64,000 nucleotides of DNA from Dehalococcoidia bacterium (GTDB lineage: Bacteria > Chloroflexota > Dehalococcoidia > Lucifugimonadales > UBA3495). The stretch spans positions 9,044 through 73,043 of the forward strand of contig DAOUIF010000030.1 in assembly GCA_034423575.1 (NCBI GenBank). Direction: 5' to 3'. Under the pieces are notes generated by a model. It did no database searches. It worked only from the letters and a program-made list of their open reading frames with translations, and had not been told where the DNA came from. Below, piece by piece: positions 1 to 9,172 of the stretch; position 1 is the first letter of the stretch, and each line of letters opens with the position of its first letter. The translations under genes and the position numbers were made by a program.

Positions 1-112
1 AACGGAGTTTGGCTTTGTCATTATTGTAAAGCGATAATTCGCCTGACCATATCCAACCGCCGTTGTCGTCTATGTTTTCCAGCACGTGGCGCAAAAGCTT
101 TTTGTTCATCAT
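1..112 (-). CDS. hypothetical protein, 5' end only (gene runs off the window start)
   Basis: The minus strand reads GGAGAA, a spacer, then ATGATG (start at 112 or 109) and MMNKKLLRHVLENIDDNGGWIWSGELSLYNNDKAKLR. It is visibly AT-richer than the rest of the window. No family recognised. Confidence 0.3.
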   Translation of the reverse strand, partial: MMNKKLLRHVLENIDDNGGWIWSGELSLYNNDKAKLR

Positions 113-359
113 TTCTCCAGAAATCCCTAGTGCTACCTCTGTGTTCGCTGCCCACAGCCCCACTGGCAGGCTCCAACAATCCTAAAATCTATAGGTCTCC
201 CTGAGACCATACGTCGCGTTGGGGTCGTCGCAGGGCCTTTACACCTAACCGTTCGGGCTACATCGTGACAAATTTGGAATTTCGCCGTGCTGGCGAAGGC
301 CACGAACGCCTTGGCGGCGTCTCCATAAATCGTACCGCAAGCCGGGGAGCCAGTTCCGT

Positions 360-427
360 GTAACAACTTTGTAACATTTCCGTCATTAGTACGTAACACC
401 GGAAATCTAGACTCTATCTTTAGATTT
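360..427 (+). promoter_or_regulatory. phased GTAAC-type direct repeats (candidate nitrogen-regulator operator) plus an adjacent inverted repeat
   Basis: GTAAC 360-364, GTAAC 371-375, GTCAT 382-386 and GTAAC 393-397 are each separated by 6 nt (11-bp phasing). The inverted repeat AAATCTA (403-409) / TAGATTT (421-427) follows. The site lies about 150 bp upstream of the amt start. Confidence 0.4.
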
Positions 428-548
428 TTGCGCCGACGTGTGCGTCCCACCATAGCCGTTGACGGTACGGCCATCCGCTTTCGGGCGGGCCGCAACGGAG
501 TCCCAACCACAAGCATGCGCCGGTCGCCAATGATGGGGAGATAGGGAA

Positions 549-1769
<1,221 letters not shown>

Positions 1770-1838
1770 GTTGATTTGTCGGCTTGCCTGAAGCCCCACC
1801 TCACAGCACAACAAACTGTGCCAAAGGAGGAACATAGC

Positions 1839-3263
1839 ATGACGCCGAGAGAAGTGATCGAGTTTTGCAAGTCCAATAGCATCGGCATAATCGACCTGCG
1901 GTTCACCGACCTGCCGGGCACCCTGCAGCACGTCTCCATCCCGCTGAGCGAGCTCACCGAGGACAACATGGCCGAGGGCTACGGCTTCGACGGCTCCAGC
2001 ATCCGTGGGTTCAAGTCCATCGACGAAAGCGACATGCTGCTGATCCCCGACGCCAGCACCGCGGTGGTTGACCCGTTCTTCAAAATCCCGACGCTGCACA
2101 TGATCTGCGACATCCTGGACCCGGTTACCCGCGAGTCCTACACCCGCGACCCGCGTCACGTGGCCCACAAGGCCGAGGCCTATCTGCAGGCCAGCGGCAT
2201 TGCCGACACCAGCTACTGGGGCCCCGAGCCCGAGTTCTTCGTCTTCGACTCGGCTCGCTTTGACCAGACCATCAACGCTGGGTACTACTTCATCGACTCC
2301 GACGAAGGCTTCTGGAACACCGGCGCCGAGCAGACCATTAGCGGTGGCAACAACCTCGCGTACCGGCCGCGTAACAAGGAAGGCTACTTCCCGGCGCCTC
2401 CTTTCGACACCTTCCAGGACATCCGCTCCGAGATGGTGCAGAAGATCGAGCACTTTGGCATCATCGTCGAAAAGCACCACCACGAGGTGGCCACCGCCGG
2501 CCAGGCCGAGATCGACGTGCGCTACGATACTCTCGTGTCCATGGCCGATACCGTGGGCATCATGAAGTACGTGGTCAAGAACGTGGCCAAGGCCCACGGC
2601 AAGGTCGCGACCTTCATGCCCAAGCCGCTCTTCGGCGACAACGGCACCGGCATGCACACCCACCAGAGCCTGTGGAAGGACGGGACGAACCTGTTCTACG
2701 ACGCCGACGGGTACGCCATGCTGTCGGCCACCTGCCGGCACTACATCGGCGGCCTGCTGCAGCACGCTCCCGCGCTGTTGGCCTTTGCGGCTCCCACCAC
2801 CAACAGCTACAAGCGCCTGGTGCCCGGCTTCGAGGCTCCGGTGAACCTGGTCTACTCCGTGCGCAACCGCTCGGCCTGCATCCGCATCCCGACCTACTCG
2901 GCAAGCCCGTCGGCGCGCCGCCTGGAGTTCCGCGCGCCCGACCCGTCCTGCAACGCCTACCTGGCCTTCTCCGCCATGCTGATGGCCGGCATCGACGGCG
3001 TCATCAACGAGATCGAGCCGCCGGACCCAGTGGACCAGAACCTGTATGAGATGTCCGCCGCCGACCTGGCTATGATCCGGCAGGTTCCCGGCTCACTGGA
3101 CGAAGCTCTGGGCGCACTCGAGCGCGACCACGAGTTCCTCATGCGGGGCAGCGTCTTCACCGACGACCTCATCGGGACCTGGCTGGACTACAAGAAAAAC
3201 GACGTGGACGACCTGCGCCTGCGGCCGCATCCCATTGAATTCTTCAAGTACTTCGACGCCTAG
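1839..3263 (+). CDS. glnA: glutamine synthetase, type I
   Basis: GS beta-grasp and catalytic domain motifs are present (FTDLPG, GFDGSSIRGF, PKPLFGDNGTGMHTHQSLW, NSYKRLVPGFEAP). The ATG at 1839 follows AAGGAGG at 1823-1830. The track ORF's earlier start at 1776 is unlikely. Confidence 0.95.
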   Translation: MTPREVIEFCKSNSIGIIDLRFTDLPGTLQHVSIPLSELTEDNMAEGYGFDGSSIRGFKSIDESDMLLIPDASTAVVDPFFKIPTLHMICDILDPVTRESYTRDPRHVAHKAEAYLQASGIADTSYWGPEPEFFVFDSARFDQTINAGYYFIDSDEGFWNTGAEQTISGGNNLAYRPRNKEGYFPAPPFDTFQDIRSEMVQKIEHFGIIVEKHHHEVATAGQAEIDVRYDTLVSMADTVGIMKYVVKNVAKAHGKVATFMPKPLFGDNGTGMHTHQSLWKDGTNLFYDADGYAMLSATCRHYIGGLLQHAPALLAFAAPTTNSYKRLVPGFEAPVNLVYSVRNRSACIRIPTYSASPSARRLEFRAPDPSCNAYLAFSAMLMAGIDGVINEIEPPDPVDQNLYEMSAADLAMIRQVPGSLDEALGALERDHEFLMRGSVFTDDLIGTWLDYKKNDVDDLRLRPHPIEFFKYFDA

Positions 3264-3296
3264 TAGAGACCCTGTCGACTGCGCCAAGACGTGCCG

Positions 3297-3318
3297 GGGC
3301 GGGTTGAAACCCGCCCCT
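3297..3318 (+). terminator. GC-rich hairpin between the two GS genes (no U-tract)
   Basis: GGGGCGGG-ttgaaa-CCCGCCCC, an 8-bp perfect stem 34 nt after the glnA stop. Confidence 0.4.
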
Positions 3319-3381
3319 ACTGGAACAATCACCGGCAGCTAACCACCGCGCAACAAGGCCCCACGCATCAGGAGATCTCCA

Positions 3382-4722
3382 GTGCTGACCGACCACCACG
3401 CCGCCGAGCGCGAGTACGTGCTTCGCAGCGCCCGTGACTTCGACGTCAAGTTCATCCGCCTGTGGTTCACCGACATACTGGGCAACCTCAAGGGGTTCGC
3501 CATCACCGTGGATGACCTGGAAGATGCCCTGGAACTGGGCGTCGGGTTCGACGGCGCGGCCATCGAGGGCTACAGCACCGATGCGGAAAGCGATATGCGG
3601 GCCTTCCCTGACCCGACTACTTTCACGCTGCTGCCCTGGCGTCCCCGCCGTAACGCCGTGGCCCGCATCTTCTGCGATGTACGCACGCCCCGGGGTGAGC
3701 CTTTCATCGGAGATCCGCGCCACGTCCTGAAGCGTAATTTGGAACGTCTTGCCAGCTTGGGTTATATCTACTATGTAGGCCCCGAGCTGGAATATTTCTA
3801 CCTGCGCGACGCCGAAACCCCCGAACCACTGGATACCTACGGATACTACGACCAACTCTCCAGCAACCCCGCCTCCGACCTGCGTCGGGACACCGTGCTC
3901 AACCTGGCTGAAATGGGCATCCCCGTGAAATACTCCCACCATGAGGGCGCGCCCAGCCAGCATGAGATCGACCTGCAGTACACCGACGCCCTGACCATGG
4001 CGGACAACGTCATGACCGCTCGGCTGGTGATCAAGGAGTTGGCCCAACAGCAGGGCGTTTACGCCTCCTTCATGCCCAAGCCGTTTTCCACGGCCAACGG
4101 CAGCGGGATGCACACCCACCAGTCGCTGTTCCGCGGCAACAACAACGCCTTTTACGACCCGGACGACGACCTGCACCTGTCCGTCATCGGCAAGCGCTTC
4201 ATCGCCGGCCTGCTGCGCCATGCCCCCGAGATCACCCTCGTGACCAACCAGTGGGTGAACTCCTACAAGCGCTTGGTGCCGGGCTACGAGGCTCCTGTGC
4301 ACGTGTCCTGGACGATGTCCAACCGCCTGGACCTGATACGGGTGCCTTCGTACAAGGCCGGGTACGAGACCTCCCTGCGTGTGGAGTACCGGGCTCCTGA
4401 CCCGGCCTGCAATCCGTACCTGGCGTTCAGCGCGCTGCTTGCCGCCGGCATGAAGGGTATCGAGGAAGAATACCCGCTGCCTTCGCCCATCACCAGCGAC
4501 GTGACTTCGATGTCCGCCGACGAGCGAGCCGCTCGCGGCATCGGACGACTGCCCACCAGCATGGGCGAGGCGATCACGCTTGCGGAAGACAGCGAACTCC
4601 TCCGCCGGACCCTGGGAGATTTCGTATTCGAAACGCTCATCCGCAATAAGAAACAGGAATGGGAACAATATCGTTCCACGGTTACCGATTACGAGATTTC
4701 GCGCTACCTGCCGCTGCTGTAG
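3382..4722 (+). CDS. glutamine synthetase family protein (second GlnA paralogue, 446 aa)
   Basis: GS motifs are present (WFTDILG, GFDGAAIEGY, PKPFSTANGSGMHTHQSLF, NSYKRLVPGYEAP). GTG start with AGGAG 7 nt upstream. Confidence 0.85.
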   Translation: MLTDHHAAEREYVLRSARDFDVKFIRLWFTDILGNLKGFAITVDDLEDALELGVGFDGAAIEGYSTDAESDMRAFPDPTTFTLLPWRPRRNAVARIFCDVRTPRGEPFIGDPRHVLKRNLERLASLGYIYYVGPELEYFYLRDAETPEPLDTYGYYDQLSSNPASDLRRDTVLNLAEMGIPVKYSHHEGAPSQHEIDLQYTDALTMADNVMTARLVIKELAQQQGVYASFMPKPFSTANGSGMHTHQSLFRGNNNAFYDPDDDLHLSVIGKRFIAGLLRHAPEITLVTNQWVNSYKRLVPGYEAPVHVSWTMSNRLDLIRVPSYKAGYETSLRVEYRAPDPACNPYLAFSALLAAGMKGIEEEYPLPSPITSDVTSMSADERAARGIGRLPTSMGEAITLAEDSELLRRTLGDFVFETLIRNKKQEWEQYRSTVTDYEISRYLPLL

Positions 4723-4730
4723 GCTGCGAG

Positions 4731-4755
4731 ATTGCCACGCTGCGCCCGCAATGAC
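4731..4755. repeat. half copy of the GTCATTGCGAG palindromic repeat family
   Basis: ATTGCCACGCTGCGCCCGCAATGAC aligns with two small gaps to the right arms at 43321-43352 and 25816-25847. Confidence 0.5.
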
Positions 4756-4772
4756 GGGTGATTGAGACGATA

Positions 4773-5525
4773 ATGCAATTTTCCGGGAAGCTGGTAATCA
4801 TCGCCGCGCTGGCGGTGACGGTGCTGTTGGTCAGCAACATCATCGCCATCAAGCCGGTGTCGTTGTTCATCCTGCCGTTCAACTTCATTGGAAGCAACCT
4901 GTTCGTGGTTTCCGCCGCCATCGTCTGCTTCCCTATCGGTTACATCATCAGCGATATTCTGACCGAGGTGTACGGGTTCCGTGTCGCTCGCGGCGTAATC
5001 TGGTTGGGTTTCGTATGCAACCTGCTGATGGTGTTCCTGTTCTGGGTCGGCGATATGATCCCGGGCGCGGTTTTCTGGGAAAACCAGGCGGAATATGAGA
5101 CCATTCTGGGGGCAACCGGGTGGATCATGCTCGGTTCCTTCGTCGCCTACATCGTCGGCGAGTTTTCCAACGCCGTCATAATGGTACTGCTCAAGAACCG
5201 CACACAAGGACGCTTCCTGTGGCTGCGCACCATCTCCTCCACCGTAGTGGGCCAGGGCATCGACTCCATCCTGTTCTTCACCATCGCATTCGGAGTTTCG
5301 GGTCTATGGGTTGGGCCCGACGGCTCGTGGCTGCCGGTGTTCAACGCCGCCGTATGCGCGTGGATCGCCAAGTCAGTGTACGAGATCATCGCCACGCCGA
5401 TTACCTACGCCGTCGTCGGCTGGCTCAAGCGCACCGAGCAGATGGACGTCTACGACGCTCCGCGCTCCCTTAACCCCTTCGGCGTGTTCGGCAGCGGCGA
5501 CAGAAACGCCGCCGTCCGAGCCTAA
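4773..5525 (+). CDS. yhhQ: queuosine precursor transporter (YhhQ/DUF165 family)
   Basis: Polytopic membrane protein with the YhhQ-type motif FPIGYIISDILTEVYGFRVAR. The start is either the ATG at 4773 or the GTG at 4758. Confidence 0.85.
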   Translation: MQFSGKLVIIAALAVTVLLVSNIIAIKPVSLFILPFNFIGSNLFVVSAAIVCFPIGYIISDILTEVYGFRVARGVIWLGFVCNLLMVFLFWVGDMIPGAVFWENQAEYETILGATGWIMLGSFVAYIVGEFSNAVIMVLLKNRTQGRFLWLRTISSTVVGQGIDSILFFTIAFGVSGLWVGPDGSWLPVFNAAVCAWIAKSVYEIIATPITYAVVGWLKRTEQMDVYDAPRSLNPFGVFGSGDRNAAVRA

Positions 5526-5546
5526 TCACGGTGGCGAGTTCCTCCC

Positions 5547-5747
5547 ATGGAACAAAAAGAGCCTGAACACGGCCATTCCCACAACCATCCGCATGGCAGA
5601 CCCGACACCCTGACCTCCGGCTTTGCCAACTTGAAGGGCACCGGATTGCCGTGGCGCGAGGTGCTCAGGATTGCCGCCTCGAACTTCCGGTTGAAGGTGA
5701 AGTTGCGCCGCGGGTGCTGCGGCAATCCCGGCCAACCCGGCTGTTGA
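5547..5747 (+). CDS. small His-rich / Cys-rich protein (66 aa), unassigned
   Basis: Third-position G+C bias is typical of coding sequence. The N-terminus is EHGHSHNHPHG and the C-terminus is RRGCCGNPGQPGC, followed by TGA CGG CGC TGA. The RBS is weak. Confidence 0.4.
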   Translation: MEQKEPEHGHSHNHPHGRPDTLTSGFANLKGTGLPWREVLRIAASNFRLKVKLRRGCCGNPGQPGC

Positions 5748-5842
5748 CGGCGCTGACCGGCGCCGGCGTGCCCGGCGGACGCAGTGGTGTAATGGGGCCG
5801 CCGGCTTTGCGCTACAATGGAGCCGAGCGCGGTCAGCGCCGT
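5747..5842 (+). other. long-stem structured element (13-bp closing helix plus an internal 7-bp hairpin)
   Basis: 5747-5759 (ACGGCGCTGACCG) pairs perfectly with 5830-5842 (CGGTCAGCGCCGT). Inside, CCGGCGG 5772-5778 pairs with CCGCCGG 5798-5804. Confidence 0.5.
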
Positions 5843-5859
5843 GAAATGGGAGAACAGCA

Positions 5860-6549
5860 ATGACTACGCCCCAGGCCAAAATCCCGGCCGCCCGGCATTG
5901 GGAACCTTATCCCGAACTGCCCCGCGAGCCCAAGGATATGCAGCAAATACGCCCCATATACTACTTGCAAGAGACGTTAGTCAGCATACTGACGCCGGGC
6001 TACTCTTTACGGGACCATCCGACCACTCTCATCAGCGGTGAAATCCCGATTTACTACGACCCGGCGGCCCCGGCTACCAGTGGCCCGCCGCCGCACGTCA
6101 TCCCCGACTTCCTGATAGCTTTCGACGTGGATACGGACGCCATCTGGAGGCGGGTGGGCTATGACCCGTTGCAGAATAGCAAACCGCCCGATTTGGTCAT
6201 GGAGGTCGCCTCTCGCCGCACCCATCGCAATGACACGCTGCGCAAGCGAGACATTTACCAGCGAATCGGCGTGCCGGAGTACTGGCGTTTTGACCCGGAG
6301 GGCGGACGCTATTATGGACAGGTCATCATCGGGGAGCGCCTGGTCAACGGGCAGTACGAGCGGTTCCCGCTAGGCCGATACGACGATGGAGCGGAGGGCT
6401 CCACCAGCGCAATCCTGAACCTTAATTTCCGATGTCTGGATCGGCGCTTCAGTATTCACGACCCGGAAACCGGGGAAAAATATGAGCACCCACAGGAAAT
6501 GAATGCCCGCCTGCTGGAAGAGAATCGCCGGCTGCGCGGAGAGGGCTGA
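5860..6549 (+). CDS. Uma2 family endonuclease (DUF820)
   Basis: Typical Uma2 core: IPDFLIAFDVD ... PDLVMEVASRRTHRNDTLRKRDIYQRIGVPEYWRFDPEG. Confidence 0.85.
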   Translation: MTTPQAKIPAARHWEPYPELPREPKDMQQIRPIYYLQETLVSILTPGYSLRDHPTTLISGEIPIYYDPAAPATSGPPPHVIPDFLIAFDVDTDAIWRRVGYDPLQNSKPPDLVMEVASRRTHRNDTLRKRDIYQRIGVPEYWRFDPEGGRYYGQVIIGERLVNGQYERFPLGRYDDGAEGSTSAILNLNFRCLDRRFSIHDPETGEKYEHPQEMNARLLEENRRLRGEG

Positions 6550-6570
6550 ACCGTATCAGGAGCGATATTT

Positions 6571-7278
6571 ATGCACGCCGAACAGCGCAGGGTAGCCAAC
6601 GACGGCCTCCACTATCTCGTCATATTTCCTGACGATTACGACGCCGATGCCAACTATCCGCTGGTGGTCATGCTCCACGGATTCGGCGCCAACATGCAGG
6701 ACCTTGCCGGCCTGGCCCCGTCCATCAACCGCAAGGGCTACGTGTATGTGTGTCCCAACGCGCCCGTCCCCTTCGAACTGGCCCCCGGCATGATCGGCTA
6801 CGGCTGGCATCCGCCCCGCGGCCAGGCGACTGACGAGCATTTCGCCCAGGCAGAGTCGCTTCTCGATGCATTCTTCACCGAGGTACTCAGCGAGTTCCGG
6901 GCCGAAGAAGACCGCGCGGTGCTGCTGGGGTTCTCCCAGGGAGGCGGCATGACCTACCGGATGGGCCTGGAGCGGGCGGACAAGTTCGTGGCGCTGATCG
7001 CGCTGAGCGCCTCGCTGCCGGACCCCGAGATCCTGCGCCCGCGCCTGCCCGACCACCGCAAGCAGCCGGTTTTCGTCGCCCACGGCCTTTACGACCAGAT
7101 GGTGTCGATGGACAGCGCGCGCCGCACCCGGGGGTTCCTCGACGCGGAGAACTACAACCTGTCCTACAACGAGTACAACATGGGCCACGAGATACCGGTG
7201 GAAGTCCTGCGCGACATGGTCCCGTGGATGGAGGCCTTCCTGCCCCCGCTGGTGGAGGAAACTGACCGCATCTTCTAG
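6571..7278 (+). CDS. alpha/beta hydrolase, phospholipase/carboxylesterase family
   Basis: GFSQGG nucleophile elbow with downstream HG..D and GHEI motifs. AGGAG RBS. Confidence 0.8.
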   Translation: MHAEQRRVANDGLHYLVIFPDDYDADANYPLVVMLHGFGANMQDLAGLAPSINRKGYVYVCPNAPVPFELAPGMIGYGWHPPRGQATDEHFAQAESLLDAFFTEVLSEFRAEEDRAVLLGFSQGGGMTYRMGLERADKFVALIALSASLPDPEILRPRLPDHRKQPVFVAHGLYDQMVSMDSARRTRGFLDAENYNLSYNEYNMGHEIPVEVLRDMVPWMEAFLPPLVEETDRIF

Positions 7279-7292
7279 ACCGCGGGAAGCTA

Positions 7293-7314
7293 TTACAGGG
7301 ATATACAGGATGCA
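7293..7314. repeat. left inverted repeat (paired CAGGAT half-sites) flanking the GxxExxY gene
   Basis: TTACAGGGATATACAGGATGCA. Its partner lies at 7732-7762. Confidence 0.7.
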
Positions 7315-7325
7315 CCGGATTGACG

Positions 7326-7700
7326 ATGCTGTACGCAGAGTTGACCGAAAAGATAATCGGGTGTGCTTTTGACGTTCAGAATGAGCTGGGCAGCGGGTTT
7401 TTAGAATCCGTGTATGAGAAGGCAATGGTGGTCGCCCTTTCCGATGCCAACGTTCCGGTCCGCTCGCAAGTCCCAATCAAAGTAAACTTCCGGGATCAGG
7501 TGGTTGGCGAATTTTACGCGGACTTGTTGGTCAGAGAAAACGTGATTGTCGAACTCAAAGCGGTGTCGGAACTTGTCCCACAACATCAGGCTCAGCTGAT
7601 TAATTATCTGAACGCCACCGGTATCCCTGTAGGACTACTGATCAACTTCGGCAATCCAAAGCTCCAATATCGCCGTTTGACTGCCCGGAAGAACCGCTAG
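7326..7700 (+). CDS. GxxExxY protein (PD-(D/E)XK nuclease superfamily)
   Basis: Family signature GSGFLESVYEKAM, plus VELKAV and QLINYLNATGIPVGLLINFG. The start is the ATG at 7326 or the TTG at 7320. Confidence 0.85.
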   Translation: MLYAELTEKIIGCAFDVQNELGSGFLESVYEKAMVVALSDANVPVRSQVPIKVNFRDQVVGEFYADLLVRENVIVELKAVSELVPQHQAQLINYLNATGIPVGLLINFGNPKLQYRRLTARKNR

Positions 7701-7731
7701 CGCGGCGGTAGCTGAGGCTTCGCTTGTAAAC

Positions 7732-7762
7732 TGCATCCTGTTCATCCTGTCTATCCCTGTAA
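7732..7762. repeat. right inverted repeat flanking the GxxExxY gene
   Basis: The reverse complement is TTACAGGGATAGACAGGATGAACAGGATGCA. The first 19-20 nt match 7293-7312 with one mismatch, and there is one extra AACAGGATG unit. Confidence 0.7.
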
Positions 7763-7787
7763 AATGAAATCGGGAGGTACTGCAACT

Positions 7788-8714
7788 ATGAAAGCCACTG
7801 CCAAGCTGCGCCAGATGCTCGCGTCCGACCGGATGGTCGTCGCCCCCTTCGTGCTCAACGCCCTTCACGCCCGCATCGCCGAGGACGTGGGACACCAGGC
7901 CGTTTACATGACCGGCGCCGGCACCGCCGCCGAACGGGGCTTCCCGGACGTGGGCCTGCTCACCATGACCGAGATGGTCGCCAACGCCAAATATATCGCC
8001 GATGCCATTGACATACCGGTGATCTGCGACGCCGACACGGGCTACGGCAACCCCCTCAACGTGCGCCGGACTGTCCGCGAGTATGAGGCCGCCGGCGTGG
8101 CCGCCATCCACCTTGAGGACCAGGTGTTCCCCAAAAAGTGCGGCTTCTTCGCCGGCAAGCAGGTGGTCCCCGTGGAGGAACACGTCCAGAAGATCCACGC
8201 CGCCCTGGACGCCCGCACCGACCCTGACTTCGTCATCATCGCCCGCTGCGACGCCTACGCTGTCACCGGCTGGGAGGACACCGTCAGCCGCTGCCGCGCC
8301 TATGTCCAGGCCGGAGCCGACCTAGTATTCGTCGACGGCATCAAGTCCCAGGACGACATCCAGCGCTACGCCGCTGACCTGGCCGACGTGCCCCGCATGT
8401 ACAACGGCGACCTGGCCACAACGCAGACCATGGACGAACTGGGCTACAAGATCATGATCTGCGGAAGCACCATCTGGCTCATATACAAGCAGGTGCGCGC
8501 CGCCTACGAAGAGCTCATGGCCGACGGCATGGTCAACCCGGACCGCTACGGCACCCGCTGGGACGTCGCCTCCGTTCTTGGCCTGGACGCCATCTACGAG
8601 CTGGAAAAGAAGTACGGAGTGCAGGACGTGGGCATCGACGTGGCGGGTCTGGCCGCCGCGCAGGCCGCCCAGACGGCTACCGACGCTGCCGTGCTCACCC
8701 CGGCGGACGATTAA
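7788..8714 (+). CDS. isocitrate lyase / PEP mutase family protein (2-methylisocitrate lyase-like)
   Basis: Motifs MTGAGTAA, CDADTGYGN and AAIHLEDQVFPKKCG. The GGGAGG at 7773-7778 favours the ATG at 7788. Confidence 0.85.
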   Translation: MKATAKLRQMLASDRMVVAPFVLNALHARIAEDVGHQAVYMTGAGTAAERGFPDVGLLTMTEMVANAKYIADAIDIPVICDADTGYGNPLNVRRTVREYEAAGVAAIHLEDQVFPKKCGFFAGKQVVPVEEHVQKIHAALDARTDPDFVIIARCDAYAVTGWEDTVSRCRAYVQAGADLVFVDGIKSQDDIQRYAADLADVPRMYNGDLATTQTMDELGYKIMICGSTIWLIYKQVRAAYEELMADGMVNPDRYGTRWDVASVLGLDAIYELEKKYGVQDVGIDVAGLAAAQAAQTATDAAVLTPADD

Positions 8715-8752
8715 CCCACCGGGCGACCCAAAGCCTCAATGGGAGGCCGGCG

Positions 8753-9130
8753 ATGAGTGATCGCTTCCGCATGCTATACGACGGATCGTGTCCCATGTGC
8801 AGCCGGGAAGTGCTTAACCTCTATCGCCGGCGGCCGGAGGCTATCGAGCCCGTGGACATCTCCGCCGAGGATTTCGACGCTGCCATGTGGGGGTTGGACG
8901 CGGATCAGGTACAATCGGCCATGTACGGCATCAAGCCGGACGGTACCGTCACGGTGGGAATGGAAAGTCTGCGCGAGGGCTACCGCCGGGCCGGTTTAGG
9001 CTGGGTTTTGGGCTGGACCCAATGGTGGCCGGCCCGCCCCGCTTTTGATCTCTTCTACCGTGGCTTCGCGCGCAACCGGATGCGCATCAGCAACTGGCTG
9101 GGCCGGTGCGACGGCCACTGCCGCGTCTGA
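8753..9130 (+). CDS. thiol-disulfide oxidoreductase DCC family protein (DUF393)
   Basis: N-terminal YDGSCPMCS motif, size about 125 aa, GGGAGG RBS. Confidence 0.8.
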   Translation: MSDRFRMLYDGSCPMCSREVLNLYRRRPEAIEPVDISAEDFDAAMWGLDADQVQSAMYGIKPDGTVTVGMESLREGYRRAGLGWVLGWTQWWPARPAFDLFYRGFARNRMRISNWLGRCDGHCRV

Positions 9131-9172
9131 AAACTATCGGCTTGCCGCGCAACGACTGTAGACGTCTGCTGG

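Noticed and set aside
133-516. 127-aa minus-strand ORF upstream of amt.
   Set aside because: The translation is Arg/Thr/Gly-rich with no protein-like pattern and no RBS. The region is better explained as the amt regulatory region.
113-548. Glutamine (glnA-motif) riboswitch or NtcA GTA-N8-TAC site upstream of amt.
   Set aside because: There is no CGUUCAxC…GGAAGUAGG…AAGGAACG-like core. GTA/TAC pairs occur but not with N8 spacing in a convincing palindrome. The 11-bp-phased GTAAC array is the better-supported pattern.
4723-4772. preQ1 riboswitch upstream of yhhQ.
   Set aside because: The gap is only 35-50 nt, is occupied by the repeat half copy, and lacks the preQ1-I consensus (…AGAGGUUC…CCCUCUAUAAAAAACUAA-like).
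5745-5780. Canonical bacterial SECIS immediately after the small ORF's UGA.
   Set aside because: The nearest hairpin (CGGCGC-UGACCG-GCGCCG) puts its loop only about 7-12 nt from the UGA. That is closer than in characterised bacterial SECIS elements. It is retained only as a low-probability note in the findings.
5747-5842. tRNA-Sec (selC) candidate, because of its ~95-nt length, long closing stem and GGGGCCGCC segment.
   Set aside because: No UCA anticodon in a 7-nt loop occurs on either strand. There is no T-arm (GGUUCRA) and no 8/5 acceptor/T architecture.
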